In this document: positions 30,796 to 39,688 of the stretch, piece after piece
How the letters are laid out: each line of letters starts with the position of its first letter
Numbering within the stretch: the stretch's first letter is position 1
NCBI GenBank assembly: GCA_964565345.1
Contig: CAZMEQ010000005.1
Coordinates: 275-64,274, forward strand
Length of the DNA stretch: 64,000 bases
Direction of reading: 5' to 3'
Source: an uncultured Gammaproteobacteria bacterium
Lineage (GTDB): Bacteria > Patescibacteriota > Patescibacteriia > UBA11705 > JABHMO01
Position numbers and translations under genes: made by a program
The notes under the pieces: model-generated
The model's database searches: none
The model's input: the letters and a program-made list of their open reading frames with translations, nothing else
What the model was told of the DNA's origin: nothing

Positions 30796-31413
30796 TCAAG
30801 CGGTCCGACTTTCGCAGTGCAGTGGCAGCAAGCGCGGTATGTTGAAATCTCCGCCATTGAAGTGCAGCCCCTGGTCGAAGAGCTGAAGTCGTTCGTCACA
30901 CCGCAACTCCACTAGAATGCGCGTTTCCAGCGCATTCTTTTCGATTACGTGAACGCGCTCTTGTCCTATCGTCTCCATCAAGGTGGAAACATGCAGTGGG
31001 TTAGGACGGCTCCACTGAAGAAGCAAGAGCTGACTACGCCTCTGCAGTTCAGTTGGAACCCGATCGGGCAGAAGAAGCAATATGCGGCGCCGGTCTTGCT
31101 GGTAGATGACCATCTGAACCAGGCGTATTGCTCCGATCTCGTTGTAAGGGACTGGTAACTGATGCGGACCGGTGTAGGTGACACGTTCTCGATTGTGCAA
31201 CGGGAAGGCCCGGCACAACTCTGCTTGGGTTGGGTAGCGTGATGCTGCACCCGTGTCGTGTGCGTACACTACCAGTAGCTTGTTCCTGGTGTCGCTTAGT
31301 CCAAAGCAGATGTAGGAACCAACAAAGCGCACCATGACCTTGCTTGTCATGAACAAGGCCCAGAACGCGCTTGAAAGTTGCACGGGTGTGGCAGCAGGAT
31401 CTGAAACGTTCAT
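30796..31413 (-). CDS. hypothetical protein with DTGA (retropepsin-like) tetrapeptide
   Basis: 205-aa ORF in a 55% GC segment; AGGAGG SD 6 nt upstream; TTGACA-17-TATGCT promoter upstream; only recognisable feature is VVYAHDTGAAS. Confidence 0.45.
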   Translation of the reverse strand: MNVSDPAATPVQLSSAFWALFMTSKVMVRFVGSYICFGLSDTRNKLLVVYAHDTGAASRYPTQAELCRAFPLHNRERVTYTGPHQLPVPYNEIGAIRLVQMVIYQQDRRRILLLLPDRVPTELQRRSQLLLLQWSRPNPLHVSTLMETIGQERVHVIEKNALETRILVELRCDERLQLFDQGLHFNGGDFNIPRLLPLHCESRTA

Positions 31414-31483
31414 GCCACCCTCCTTTCGAACAGTCCTAATTTAAGCATAAGGAGTAAGTGCTTTGTTGTCAAAAGATTATCCA

Positions 31484-31525
31484 CGAAAAAAATCTCCCCC
31501 CAAGGAACTCGGTCCTTGAGGGGAG
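31484..31525 (-). terminator. minus-strand terminator of the 511-aa GC-rich gene
   Basis: CTCCCCTCAAGGA-ccgagt-TCCTTGGGGGGAG hairpin followed on the minus strand by TTTTTTT. Confidence 0.6.
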
Positions 31526-31545
31526 GGTGACGGACTAGATGGGAG

Positions 31546-33081
31546 CTACTTGCGCTTGCTCCCGGAGACCAGCAGGGCGCCGTCCTTGCCCAGGGTCTCG
31601 TCGATCTCGCCGGTGGCGGAGAGGAAGGCCTCGAGGGTCTGACCCTCGGGCGTCGCCTTGTACGCCTGCGCGGCGTCGGCCTTGGCCTGTTCGACCTGGG
31701 TGACCCAGCGGCGGGTCAGCCAGTCGTAGGCCCAGGGGGTGGTCTTCGCCTGGAAGTTGGTGCGCGCCGCGTGCATGGCCAGCACCTGGTCCACGATCGA
31801 CTCGTGCACGACCAGGTAGCGCCAGCCCACGTCGCGGAAGCTGCGGCGGATGACCATGAGGCTGAGCCTCGGGGTGGCCTTGGCGTCCTTGGCGCGGTCT
31901 CGGAGCTGCTGGACGAAGCGGAGGTGGTCGGAAACGTCCTTGGGGGGACGCACGGCCAGCTCCACGTCGTACACGCCCTTGAACCGCTTCCAGCGCGGCT
32001 CGAACTCCTTGACCTCGCCCTCGGTGGGGAGCATCAGGAGCTCGTGCGACTTGGCCTCGTCGAGGCCCGCGGTCCAGACCGGCGCCTTGAGCGGGGACGT
32101 GTAGCTGCCGAGCTGCTGCTCGGTCAGCCAGTTGTCCGCGTTGTCCAGCGCCTCGATGGCGTTGCCGACGGCCGTCTCGCGGCGGGCCTTGCGGTCCTCC
32201 GCGGCGCGGGCCGCCTTGCCTTCGTCGATCTGCCGCTTGTAGCCGGCGCAGAGCCGGTTCCAGGCGGTGCGCAGCGGCATGACCTCGACGATCACGTCGC
32301 TGTTGCCCGCGAACTTCGCCTTGGCCGCCGTGGCCGCGATGGCCAGGTGCTCCTCGCAGAAGATCCGGGCGACCGTGGTGTTCTCCTTGGTGTTGCTGAT
32401 CACGAGCACGAAGGCCGTGTCGATGACGAGGGAGCCCTTGTGTCCTCCGGCGAAGCACATCTCGCACCGGATCAACACCCCGCGGATGAACAGCGCGTTC
32501 TGGGGCACGCCGCCTTCCGGCAGCTTGTCCCAGATGTCGCGGATCTGGGCGGGGTTGGTCAGGACCAGCGGCTCGCCCTCGAGACCCAGGTCCAGGGGGA
32601 CCTGGGTACGGGGGGCCATCACGGGAGCCTTCTGGACGGTGACCTTCGCGGTCGGCTTGCGCTCTTCGCACTTGCCGCCACACTCGCTGGTGCCGCACTT
32701 GCCGGCGGCGCAGCACGGGGGCTGCTCGGCCTTGGCGCTCAGCTCGGTGCTGAGTTCCTCTACCGTGCGACCCTGCTTGGCCAGGGCGCGCGCGAGCGCG
32801 TCGCCCATGACCGTGCCAGGGAGGCGGGGGCCGGTGGCGGCGGGTGCCGCGCACTTCTTGGCCTTCTTCTCCGGGGCCGGGGCGGGCGCGGGGGTGGGCT
32901 CGGGCAGGTTGGAGATGGCGGCGTTCAGGACGATCTCGGCGATGGAGCTGTTCAGCCCCGCCGCCTTGAGCGCGTCCTTCCCTCCGTCGACGATCTTCTT
33001 GGCGTCGTCGAGACCGGCCATGGCGAGCTTCCGAATGGTCGCTTCGCCGATTCCCTTGGTGCTGCTGAGCTTGTCGAACAT
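31546..33081 (-). CDS. hypothetical protein, N-terminal HhH-like motif, Pro/Ala linker, Cys cluster (about 70% GC)
   Basis: 511-aa ORF with strong GC3 bias; CAAGGAGG SD upstream; GIGEATIRKLAMAGL HhH-like, PAPAPAPEKKAKK linker, CCAAGKCGTSECGGKC. Other frames here are Arg/Gly-rich GC artefacts. Confidence 0.55.
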   Translation of the reverse strand: MFDKLSSTKGIGEATIRKLAMAGLDDAKKIVDGGKDALKAAGLNSSIAEIVLNAAISNLPEPTPAPAPAPEKKAKKCAAPAATGPRLPGTVMGDALARALAKQGRTVEELSTELSAKAEQPPCCAAGKCGTSECGGKCEERKPTAKVTVQKAPVMAPRTQVPLDLGLEGEPLVLTNPAQIRDIWDKLPEGGVPQNALFIRGVLIRCEMCFAGGHKGSLVIDTAFVLVISNTKENTTVARIFCEEHLAIAATAAKAKFAGNSDVIVEVMPLRTAWNRLCAGYKRQIDEGKAARAAEDRKARRETAVGNAIEALDNADNWLTEQQLGSYTSPLKAPVWTAGLDEAKSHELLMLPTEGEVKEFEPRWKRFKGVYDVELAVRPPKDVSDHLRFVQQLRDRAKDAKATPRLSLMVIRRSFRDVGWRYLVVHESIVDQVLAMHAARTNFQAKTTPWAYDWLTRRWVTQVEQAKADAAQAYKATPEGQTLEAFLSATGEIDETLGKDGALLVSGSKRK

Positions 33082-33325
33082 GGAGTCCTCCTTGAGTGGG
33101 TTGACAGTTGCGAACGAGAACTTACCTGGTGTTGACTACACCTTTAGAGGGTCAATTGGCCTTAACCCCAAAAAGCTAAAGTTGACACTAAGATAACAAA
33201 AAATTATAGCAAATTTACTTGGTTTTGTCAATATCTGACATCGATAAGTTGTATATAACCTAAATTTAGACAAAAATTGACGCTATGCAGCTCCGACATT
33301 TACTTATCAGACAAAATAGTTTATA

Positions 33326-34885
33326 ATGACACTGAATTTCACTAAAATTATGGAAAAACTTAATACTCAAAATGTACGTGTTCGTATTGCGCCTAGCCCT
33401 ACAGGTTTAGTTCATATCGGCAACCTTAGAACTATCCTTTATAACTTCCTTTTTGCCAAGCATTATAAAGGCAAATTTTTAATCCGTATCGAAGACACAG
33501 ATCAAACCCGTAAAGTTCCAGGAGCTGTGGAGAATTTACTTCGAGTTCTTGATTGGGCAGGAATTCATGGAGATGAAGGGCCGTACCTAACTAGTGATGG
33601 AAAAATTAAAGAAAACGGCGATTTTGGACCTTATACTCAATCACAGCGACTCGATATATACCAAAAATACATCAAGGATCTATTAGATAAGAATAAAGCG
33701 TATTATTGTTTTTGCAGCAAAGAACGTTTGGATAATTTGCGTGAAGAGCAAACCAAAAACAAGCAAGCTCCTAAATACGACAACTTCTGCCGTGATCTTT
33801 CAAAAGACGAAGTACAATCTTTATTAAAACAGGGGACACCTCATGTTATTCGTTTCCGTATGCCCGAAAATAAAGAAGTCTTATGCGACGATTTAATACG
33901 CGGTGAAATTGTGGTTAACACCAAAAATCTGGATGATTATGTTTTAATGAAAGCAGATGGCTTCCCAACATATCATTTTGCTAATGTTGTTGACGATCAT
34001 TTAATGAAAATCACTCATGTCTTGCGTGGAGAGGAATGGATAGCCAGCACCCCAAAACATGTTTTATTGTACGAAGCTTTTGGTTGGCAAATGCCCCAAT
34101 TTGCTCATTTGCCTCAGCTCTTGAACAAACAACGCAAAAAATTAAGCAAACGCGATGGCGATTCCAGTGTCTCTGATTTTGTCGCTTCTGGATATTTAAA
34201 AGAAGCTCTTTTAAACTTTATTGCCTTATTGGGTTGGAATGCTGGCACTGAACAAGAAATTTATAATTTCGATGAACTCATCAATCAATTCTCGCTCGAC
34301 AATGTTCATAAAGCCGGGGCCGTATTTGACGTTGATAAGCTCGACTGGATTAACGGCATGTATATCCGTGAATGTTCTGATACTAAGTTTTTAGAACTAG
34401 CTCAACCATACCTTGAAAAGGCTAACTTGCTTACTTTTCAAGACAATAAAATAATTGTAAATGGAACAGGGGAGACACTAAAACAATCAGATCTTATAAA
34501 AATCATATCCCTCGAAAAGACTCGGATAAAAAAACTAAACGAACTACCCGAGGCAATAAGTTTTTTGCTCCATGACACGCTCAATTATGAAGCTCAAAAT
34601 CTAATTTGGAAGAAATCAGACAAAGAAAGCACTAAAAACAATCTTAAATTACTTATCGAATATTTTACTGGTTTAGGAGATAAAATATCCACCGTCGAAA
34701 AGTTGGAATCAGACTTACGCGAACTCATTCAACAACACAGTCTTGATACTGGTTCTATCTTGTGGCCAATGAGGTATGCCTTATCTGGGAAGGACAAGTC
34801 ACCAGGACCATTCGAGCTAGCCTTAACTCTAGGCACGGCCAAAACAATTAAACGATTACAGGAAGCGTTGAACGCCCTAATTTAA
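33326..34885 (+). CDS. gltX: glutamate--tRNA ligase
   Basis: RIAPSPTGLVHIGNLRT (HIGH region) and KLSKR (KMSKS) motifs. Confidence 0.9.
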   Translation: MTLNFTKIMEKLNTQNVRVRIAPSPTGLVHIGNLRTILYNFLFAKHYKGKFLIRIEDTDQTRKVPGAVENLLRVLDWAGIHGDEGPYLTSDGKIKENGDFGPYTQSQRLDIYQKYIKDLLDKNKAYYCFCSKERLDNLREEQTKNKQAPKYDNFCRDLSKDEVQSLLKQGTPHVIRFRMPENKEVLCDDLIRGEIVVNTKNLDDYVLMKADGFPTYHFANVVDDHLMKITHVLRGEEWIASTPKHVLLYEAFGWQMPQFAHLPQLLNKQRKKLSKRDGDSSVSDFVASGYLKEALLNFIALLGWNAGTEQEIYNFDELINQFSLDNVHKAGAVFDVDKLDWINGMYIRECSDTKFLELAQPYLEKANLLTFQDNKIIVNGTGETLKQSDLIKIISLEKTRIKKLNELPEAISFLLHDTLNYEAQNLIWKKSDKESTKNNLKLLIEYFTGLGDKISTVEKLESDLRELIQQHSLDTGSILWPMRYALSGKDKSPGPFELALTLGTAKTIKRLQEALNALI

Positions 34886-34916
34886 AACAAAATATTTTCT
34901 GTGTTACAATAGAATA

Positions 34917-36107
34917 ATGGCCAAAACAAAAACACAATTCATAATACTGACATGCTTATTTTTTTTCATTCTGCCTTTTTTTTGCTTTGCGGAAACACCA
35001 GACGAACTAACCCAACAAATTGAAGCAAAAAAAAGTGATGTAAGCGAACTCAAAAGACAACTCTCTGTATACGAAGAAAATATAAAAAAGAAACAAAAAG
35101 AAGCCGCATCATTAACAAATCAACTTTCGATATTAGACAATAAAATTGCTAAAACTAACATCGATATCAAAGCTACCCAAGAAGAAATCACAGCGACTAA
35201 ATTAGAAACACGCAAATTAGAGCTTCAAATACTTAACAATACAGACCGCATAAACAACCAAAAACTAAATCTTGGAGCAGTTCTTCAAGAAATTCACGAA
35301 AATGACAAAAAAAATGAACTCCATATTTTTTTGTTAAATAAAACTATCTCCGACTTTTACAATCAAATTGAATACACCAAAGACCTCCAAATGAGCCTAC
35401 AATCAGCTCTGGGTGATCTTAAAAACGAAAAAAAGACACTAGAAGAGAAAAAAACAGAAGTAAAAAAGAAAGAAGAAGAATTGGCCAAACTTAAAGAAAA
35501 CCTCGAACAAAAGCAAACAGAAATTACTGGAGAAATAAAATACAAAGATGATTTATTGGTCAGCACCAAGCAATCCGAAAAAAAGTTCAACGAATTATAT
35601 CAACAAGCCAAGAGGGACCAAGAAGCAGTCAGTGCCCAAATTGCTGACATGGAACGAAAACTGCGCAGTCAACTTGGTTCCAAACCACAGCAATTAACTT
35701 CATCAGATTTTGATTGGCCTGTTTCTTCCAGACGTATCACGGCAACCTTCCATGATGCGGCCTATCCATTTAAATACCTATTTGAACACCCAGCTATTGA
35801 TATCGCCTCGGCGCAAGGGACTGCTATTAAGGCTCCAGCAGATGGCTACGTACTAAATGTCCGAGATGCTGGCATGGGCTATAGCTATATTTCCTTAATT
35901 CACAGTAACGGTTTATCTACAGTCTATGGACACGTGAGCAAAATATATGTTCAGAATGACGAATTCGTGCCAAAGGGGAGTATTATCGGGGCTGTCGGTG
36001 GCATGCCAGGAACTCCCGGAGCAGGGAAATTGACTACTGGTCCTCACTTACACTTCGAAGTACGTCTGAATGGTATCCCTGTAAACCCTTTAAACTATTT
36101 GCCATAA
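34917..36107 (+). CDS. M23 family metallopeptidase with N-terminal coiled coil (EnvC-like)
   Basis: Signal/TM then long coiled coil; C-terminal HxxxD...HLHFEVR M23 motifs. Confidence 0.8.
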   Translation: MAKTKTQFIILTCLFFFILPFFCFAETPDELTQQIEAKKSDVSELKRQLSVYEENIKKKQKEAASLTNQLSILDNKIAKTNIDIKATQEEITATKLETRKLELQILNNTDRINNQKLNLGAVLQEIHENDKKNELHIFLLNKTISDFYNQIEYTKDLQMSLQSALGDLKNEKKTLEEKKTEVKKKEEELAKLKENLEQKQTEITGEIKYKDDLLVSTKQSEKKFNELYQQAKRDQEAVSAQIADMERKLRSQLGSKPQQLTSSDFDWPVSSRRITATFHDAAYPFKYLFEHPAIDIASAQGTAIKAPADGYVLNVRDAGMGYSYISLIHSNGLSTVYGHVSKIYVQNDEFVPKGSIIGAVGGMPGTPGAGKLTTGPHLHFEVRLNGIPVNPLNYLP

Positions 36108-36150
36108 AAAATCCCCCTACGCACAAGGCTTCTGGGGGATTTTTGTTTTC
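36108..36150. terminator. bidirectional rho-independent terminator
   Basis: AAAAATCCCCC-loop-GGGGGATTTTTGTTTT. Confidence 0.6.
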
Positions 36151-36192
36151 TTACTTATTAATATTCCAGAATAGGCGAATGTAATTGTAAAA

Positions 36193-36462
36193 CTACTTCT
36201 TCTTTTCAGGATCAACATTTTTTGTATTGAGCTTTGTATTTAACTGCCAAACTTGACTATACGTTTTATTAATCAATTTAGTTAAGCTATCCTGATTCTT
36301 TTTCATTTCTTTTTTAATTACTTGTTGTTGCCACAATATCCAAGCTGACATAAAAAGCTGACCAACAATTAAAATCGCAACAAACAAACCTACTAGTACT
36401 TTTTTTCGCTTGATCATGAAGAGGTAGGTTACCCCCATAAATTGCCAAAACTTTTTCATCAT
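36193..36462 (-). CDS. small membrane protein, hypothetical
   Basis: 89 aa with one TM helix and a basic C-tail. Confidence 0.35.
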   Translation of the reverse strand: MMKKFWQFMGVTYLFMIKRKKVLVGLFVAILIVGQLFMSAWILWQQQVIKKEMKKNQDSLTKLINKTYSQVWQLNTKLNTKNVDPEKKK

Positions 36463-36473
36463 AGATTTAAAAA

Positions 36474-37439
36474 TTATTTTTTATCATGCGCTCCGCTGTG
36501 ATACTTTAGATACACATCACGCAGCTTTTTATTAGTCACATGAGTATAAATTTGGGTAGTAGCAATATTCTTGTGGCCCAAAAACTCTTGAACGAGTCTT
36601 AAATCAACGCCCTGTGTTAATAAATCGGTAGCATATGAATGACGCAATGTGTGTGGCGTTGTAGTTAGTGGTAACCCGGCTATCTTAACATATTTTTTAA
36701 CAATTGTCTCGATGGACCGCACGGTTAAGCGTCGGTCGTTAGCGCTGTTTTTTCCTGGTTTAAAATTAATAAACAAAGCAGGATCTAAATCTTCTCTTTT
36801 ATCTAAATATAACTTCAACCAATGCAATGCGCGAGCTGAAAAATATACTATACGAGGATGATTCCCTTTACCTATTACATTTAATTCTAAAAAATCCATT
36901 TTATCCGTTATTTTAAAGTCGTCTCGATTTAGCTTGGCCAACTCAGCCACACGTAACCCAGTAGAAAAAAGACTCTCTAAAATAGCTCTGTCACGTAAAC
37001 CAAAAAGATATTTGGTTTGAGGCGCATCAAGAAGTTTTCGTATTTGATCCAAATTTAAGAAATGGACATTATGCTCCTTGGGACTTTTAGCTAACTTAAC
37101 TTTTTCACCAGGGAGGGAGACTATATCACGTTCAGCAAAAAAGTTAAGAAGCCCCCTTAAAGCAATTAAATAATAGTTTTGTGTAGATTTTTTTAGATTG
37201 GCCGCGTTTTTTTGTGATGTAGTTTCACGTGACAAAAAAACGCGGTAACCCCAAATAAGCTCCGGAGTTAAGTCATGGGGGAGGAGAGATTCTTGATTAG
37301 TGTTTTTTAGCCATTCCGAGAAGCGGTTTAAAAAACGCGCATAATTTTCTTGCGTTTTATTTCCCAGCCCCTTTTCAATCTCAAGATAGTCTAGGAAGTC
37401 GGGGATATGCTTAATTATAGGCTTATCCGATCTTTGCAT
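36474..37439 (-). CDS. xerD: tyrosine recombinase XerC/XerD family
   Basis: C-terminal HTLRHSYATDLLTQGVDLRLVQEFLGHKNIATTQIYTHV containing the catalytic R-H-R-Y set. Confidence 0.8.
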   Translation of the reverse strand: MQRSDKPIIKHIPDFLDYLEIEKGLGNKTQENYARFLNRFSEWLKNTNQESLLPHDLTPELIWGYRVFLSRETTSQKNAANLKKSTQNYYLIALRGLLNFFAERDIVSLPGEKVKLAKSPKEHNVHFLNLDQIRKLLDAPQTKYLFGLRDRAILESLFSTGLRVAELAKLNRDDFKITDKMDFLELNVIGKGNHPRIVYFSARALHWLKLYLDKREDLDPALFINFKPGKNSANDRRLTVRSIETIVKKYVKIAGLPLTTTPHTLRHSYATDLLTQGVDLRLVQEFLGHKNIATTQIYTHVTNKKLRDVYLKYHSGAHDKK

Positions 37440-37667
37440 AACTTCGCATAATGTTAATTAAGAGAAGTACATCCCATAGTATAAATTAGGTTTTATAAAC
37501 ATTCAAATAAATCATGTGGATATTGAACCAGCTATCGACAAAGCGTCATTGATGCCTCATTCATTGAATCATCAACTATGCTACAAGCCTCAATGATCAG
37601 CTTCCCTCAATTCAGCGTAGATGCATCACACTTGTGTCGCAAAATATTAAAAGGGAGCATGAAGCAG

Positions 37668-38489
37668 TTATTGATAGTAAACCTTATCACCAAATCTTAA
37701 GTCAATATATTTTAATTTATTAAATTCATCACGCAGATCTGGCTGTCGAGCTATAAGATCAAGACGGCCAACCTGCTCCCCCACACCTAAGTCTAAATTA
37801 AAACGAATCTCAGGCGCTGCGTCACTTTTTGCGGTTATTAAATTATCTTTGAGCTCGTAATAAAGTGGATTATACTTTTCCTTTAATAAGACCTTTGTTC
37901 TTTCGTGTAAATCAATTATAAGCATTAACTTCTCTGAATCAATTACTAATTGCGCTATTTCGACATCTTTTTGATCTAAATCACGCACAGTTAATAGACC
38001 GGCCTCTTTTTCACAATAACCGATAGCCGAGCCAGTCATATCAACATTAAAACACAGCTCCTTGGTTGTCCAATTTATAAGCGGCTGCTTTTCGATAACA
38101 TCCACCACAAGACGATTGGGAAACTTCCGCCTGACATCAAGTCTTTCAAAATAATAAAAACGAGATATTTCTTTTTTTATTGCCTCTCTGTCTATTAACC
38201 AGTAGTTTTTTCGTGAAAATATGATATATTTTCTTTTTGCGAAGTAGTTGTTTAGAATGCTTTCTATGTTTTCTTGCTTAATTTTTTTTAAACCCGTTAT
38301 TTCAAAACTATTAATACGAAAATATGGGGAATAAAATAAAAAATAGAGCAAACCCGATACGATTACCCCGCCCAAGGCAACAGAAAGCTTTAATAGCAAT
38401 AGTCTGCGTTCCTCTTTACGCTTTAATATGCGCGGATTATCAAAATTTGTATTTGAATAATCCTTTTGGTACTTAGTGCTAATGCCCAT
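37668..38489 (-). CDS. ftsQ: cell division protein FtsQ/DivIB-like (POTRA)
   Basis: Basic cytoplasmic N-tail, single TM, then POTRA-like FEITGLKKIKQENIESIL. Confidence 0.5.
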   Translation of the reverse strand: MGISTKYQKDYSNTNFDNPRILKRKEERRLLLLKLSVALGGVIVSGLLYFLFYSPYFRINSFEITGLKKIKQENIESILNNYFAKRKYIIFSRKNYWLIDREAIKKEISRFYYFERLDVRRKFPNRLVVDVIEKQPLINWTTKELCFNVDMTGSAIGYCEKEAGLLTVRDLDQKDVEIAQLVIDSEKLMLIIDLHERTKVLLKEKYNPLYYELKDNLITAKSDAAPEIRFNLDLGVGEQVGRLDLIARQPDLRDEFNKLKYIDLRFGDKVYYQ

Positions 38490-38495
38490 AAAAAT

Positions 38496-39623
38496 CTATA
38501 TCACAATTCTTTTTATTAACGGATTTATTCTTGTCACAACCTCATAATTAATCGTTTGGAGTTTAGTGGCCACAATCTCGCATGAAATTTCTTCTGCTCC
38601 TTGAACCCCAACAAGGACAACTTCATCATTTATTTTTACTTTTTTTAGATTAGTTACATCAACCATGGTCATGTTCATGCAAACTCGCCCCACGACACGG
38701 CAACGCACCCCATTCACCAAAACTTCTCCAACACTAGATAATCCACGATCAAAGCCATCATAATACCCGACCGGAATGACAGCTATTTTACTATTTCGCA
38801 TTAGTTTTTCCGTACAGCCATATCCGACATAAGCCCCTTTAGGCAGTGTTTTTATGTGAGCAATTCGTGTTTTCCAGGTAAGCGCTGGCTTTAACCCCAA
38901 CCCAATTTTTCTATTTAAAGCACTAACTTTCGTTTCTTTTGAGGGCCATAGGCCATATAAACTTAAACCAAGACGTATAACATCGTAGTGTGTTTGGTTG
39001 AACAAAATCGCAGCCGCAGAACAAGCCGTGTGTTTTTTAAATTTTGTATATTTATGTCTTCTTATTTTGTTTAAGGCTTGCTCATATAACGCTAATTGAT
39101 TTTTTGCATAAGCAAAACTTGTCGTATCCTCAATATTAGCAAAATGTGTAAAAACGCCCGATAAGACTAAATTGTTTTTTATTGTACTTAAATACTCCCC
39201 TATTTCACTTAATTTTATTCCATTACGAGCCGTGCCTGTTTCTATTTCCAAATGCAGAAAAACTTTCAATTTTAGCTTTTTTGATATTTTGGAGATAAAA
39301 TCCAAGCTTTCTTTATTAAAAACTGTAAGCTCAAAACCGGACTTAATGACCGCCTCCATATCCCCTTCTACAATGTAGCCCAAAATAACTATCGGTTTTT
39401 GGGTATATTTTCTAACTATACAAGCCTCTGAATATGAATCAACAAAAAAATAATCAGCTTCATCCTTAAGGATATTTGCAATTTCCACCAAGCCATGGCC
39501 ATAAGCATTTGATTTAATAACTGCGCCTATTTTGACGCTAGGTGGAACTATCATCCTGAACTGATGAAAATTATATAAAATTTTTCCTTGGTCAATTTCG
39601 ACCCAGGTTCTATCTTTAATCAT
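38496..39623 (-). CDS. alr: alanine racemase
   Basis: PLP-lysine motif VIKSNAYGHG near the N-terminus; 375 aa. Confidence 0.85.
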   Translation of the reverse strand: MIKDRTWVEIDQGKILYNFHQFRMIVPPSVKIGAVIKSNAYGHGLVEIANILKDEADYFFVDSYSEACIVRKYTQKPIVILGYIVEGDMEAVIKSGFELTVFNKESLDFISKISKKLKLKVFLHLEIETGTARNGIKLSEIGEYLSTIKNNLVLSGVFTHFANIEDTTSFAYAKNQLALYEQALNKIRRHKYTKFKKHTACSAAAILFNQTHYDVIRLGLSLYGLWPSKETKVSALNRKIGLGLKPALTWKTRIAHIKTLPKGAYVGYGCTEKLMRNSKIAVIPVGYYDGFDRGLSSVGEVLVNGVRCRVVGRVCMNMTMVDVTNLKKVKINDEVVLVGVQGAEEISCEIVATKLQTINYEVVTRINPLIKRIVI

Positions 39624-39688
39624 GAATACATTATAGCAATTTTCATCGATTTTTGAAACTCAAAAGCCCCTGTTTTGGGGCTTTTAGG

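Larger units (their letters stand above)
30753..33100. other. compositional island A (about 55% GC then about 70% GC) in a roughly 34% GC backbone
   Basis: Abrupt GC and codon-usage shift by eye; two minus-strand genes with their own SD sequences and terminators. Confidence 0.7.

Noticed and set aside
30949-31250. Short ORFs on other frames inside the 205-aa island-A gene (30949..31158 plus, 30978..31250 minus)
   Set aside because: They are fully contained in a much longer ORF that has its own SD and promoter; short ORFs of this size are expected by chance at 55% GC.
31535-33196. Long overlapping ORFs in the 70% GC segment (31535..32854 minus, 31771..33135 plus, 31850..32104 plus, 32267..33196 plus)
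   Set aside because: Their translations are Arg/Gly/Ala/Pro-rich low-complexity strings without GC3 periodicity. This is typical of stop-depleted off-frames in high-GC DNA; the 31546..33081 minus frame alone shows coding-like composition and an SD.
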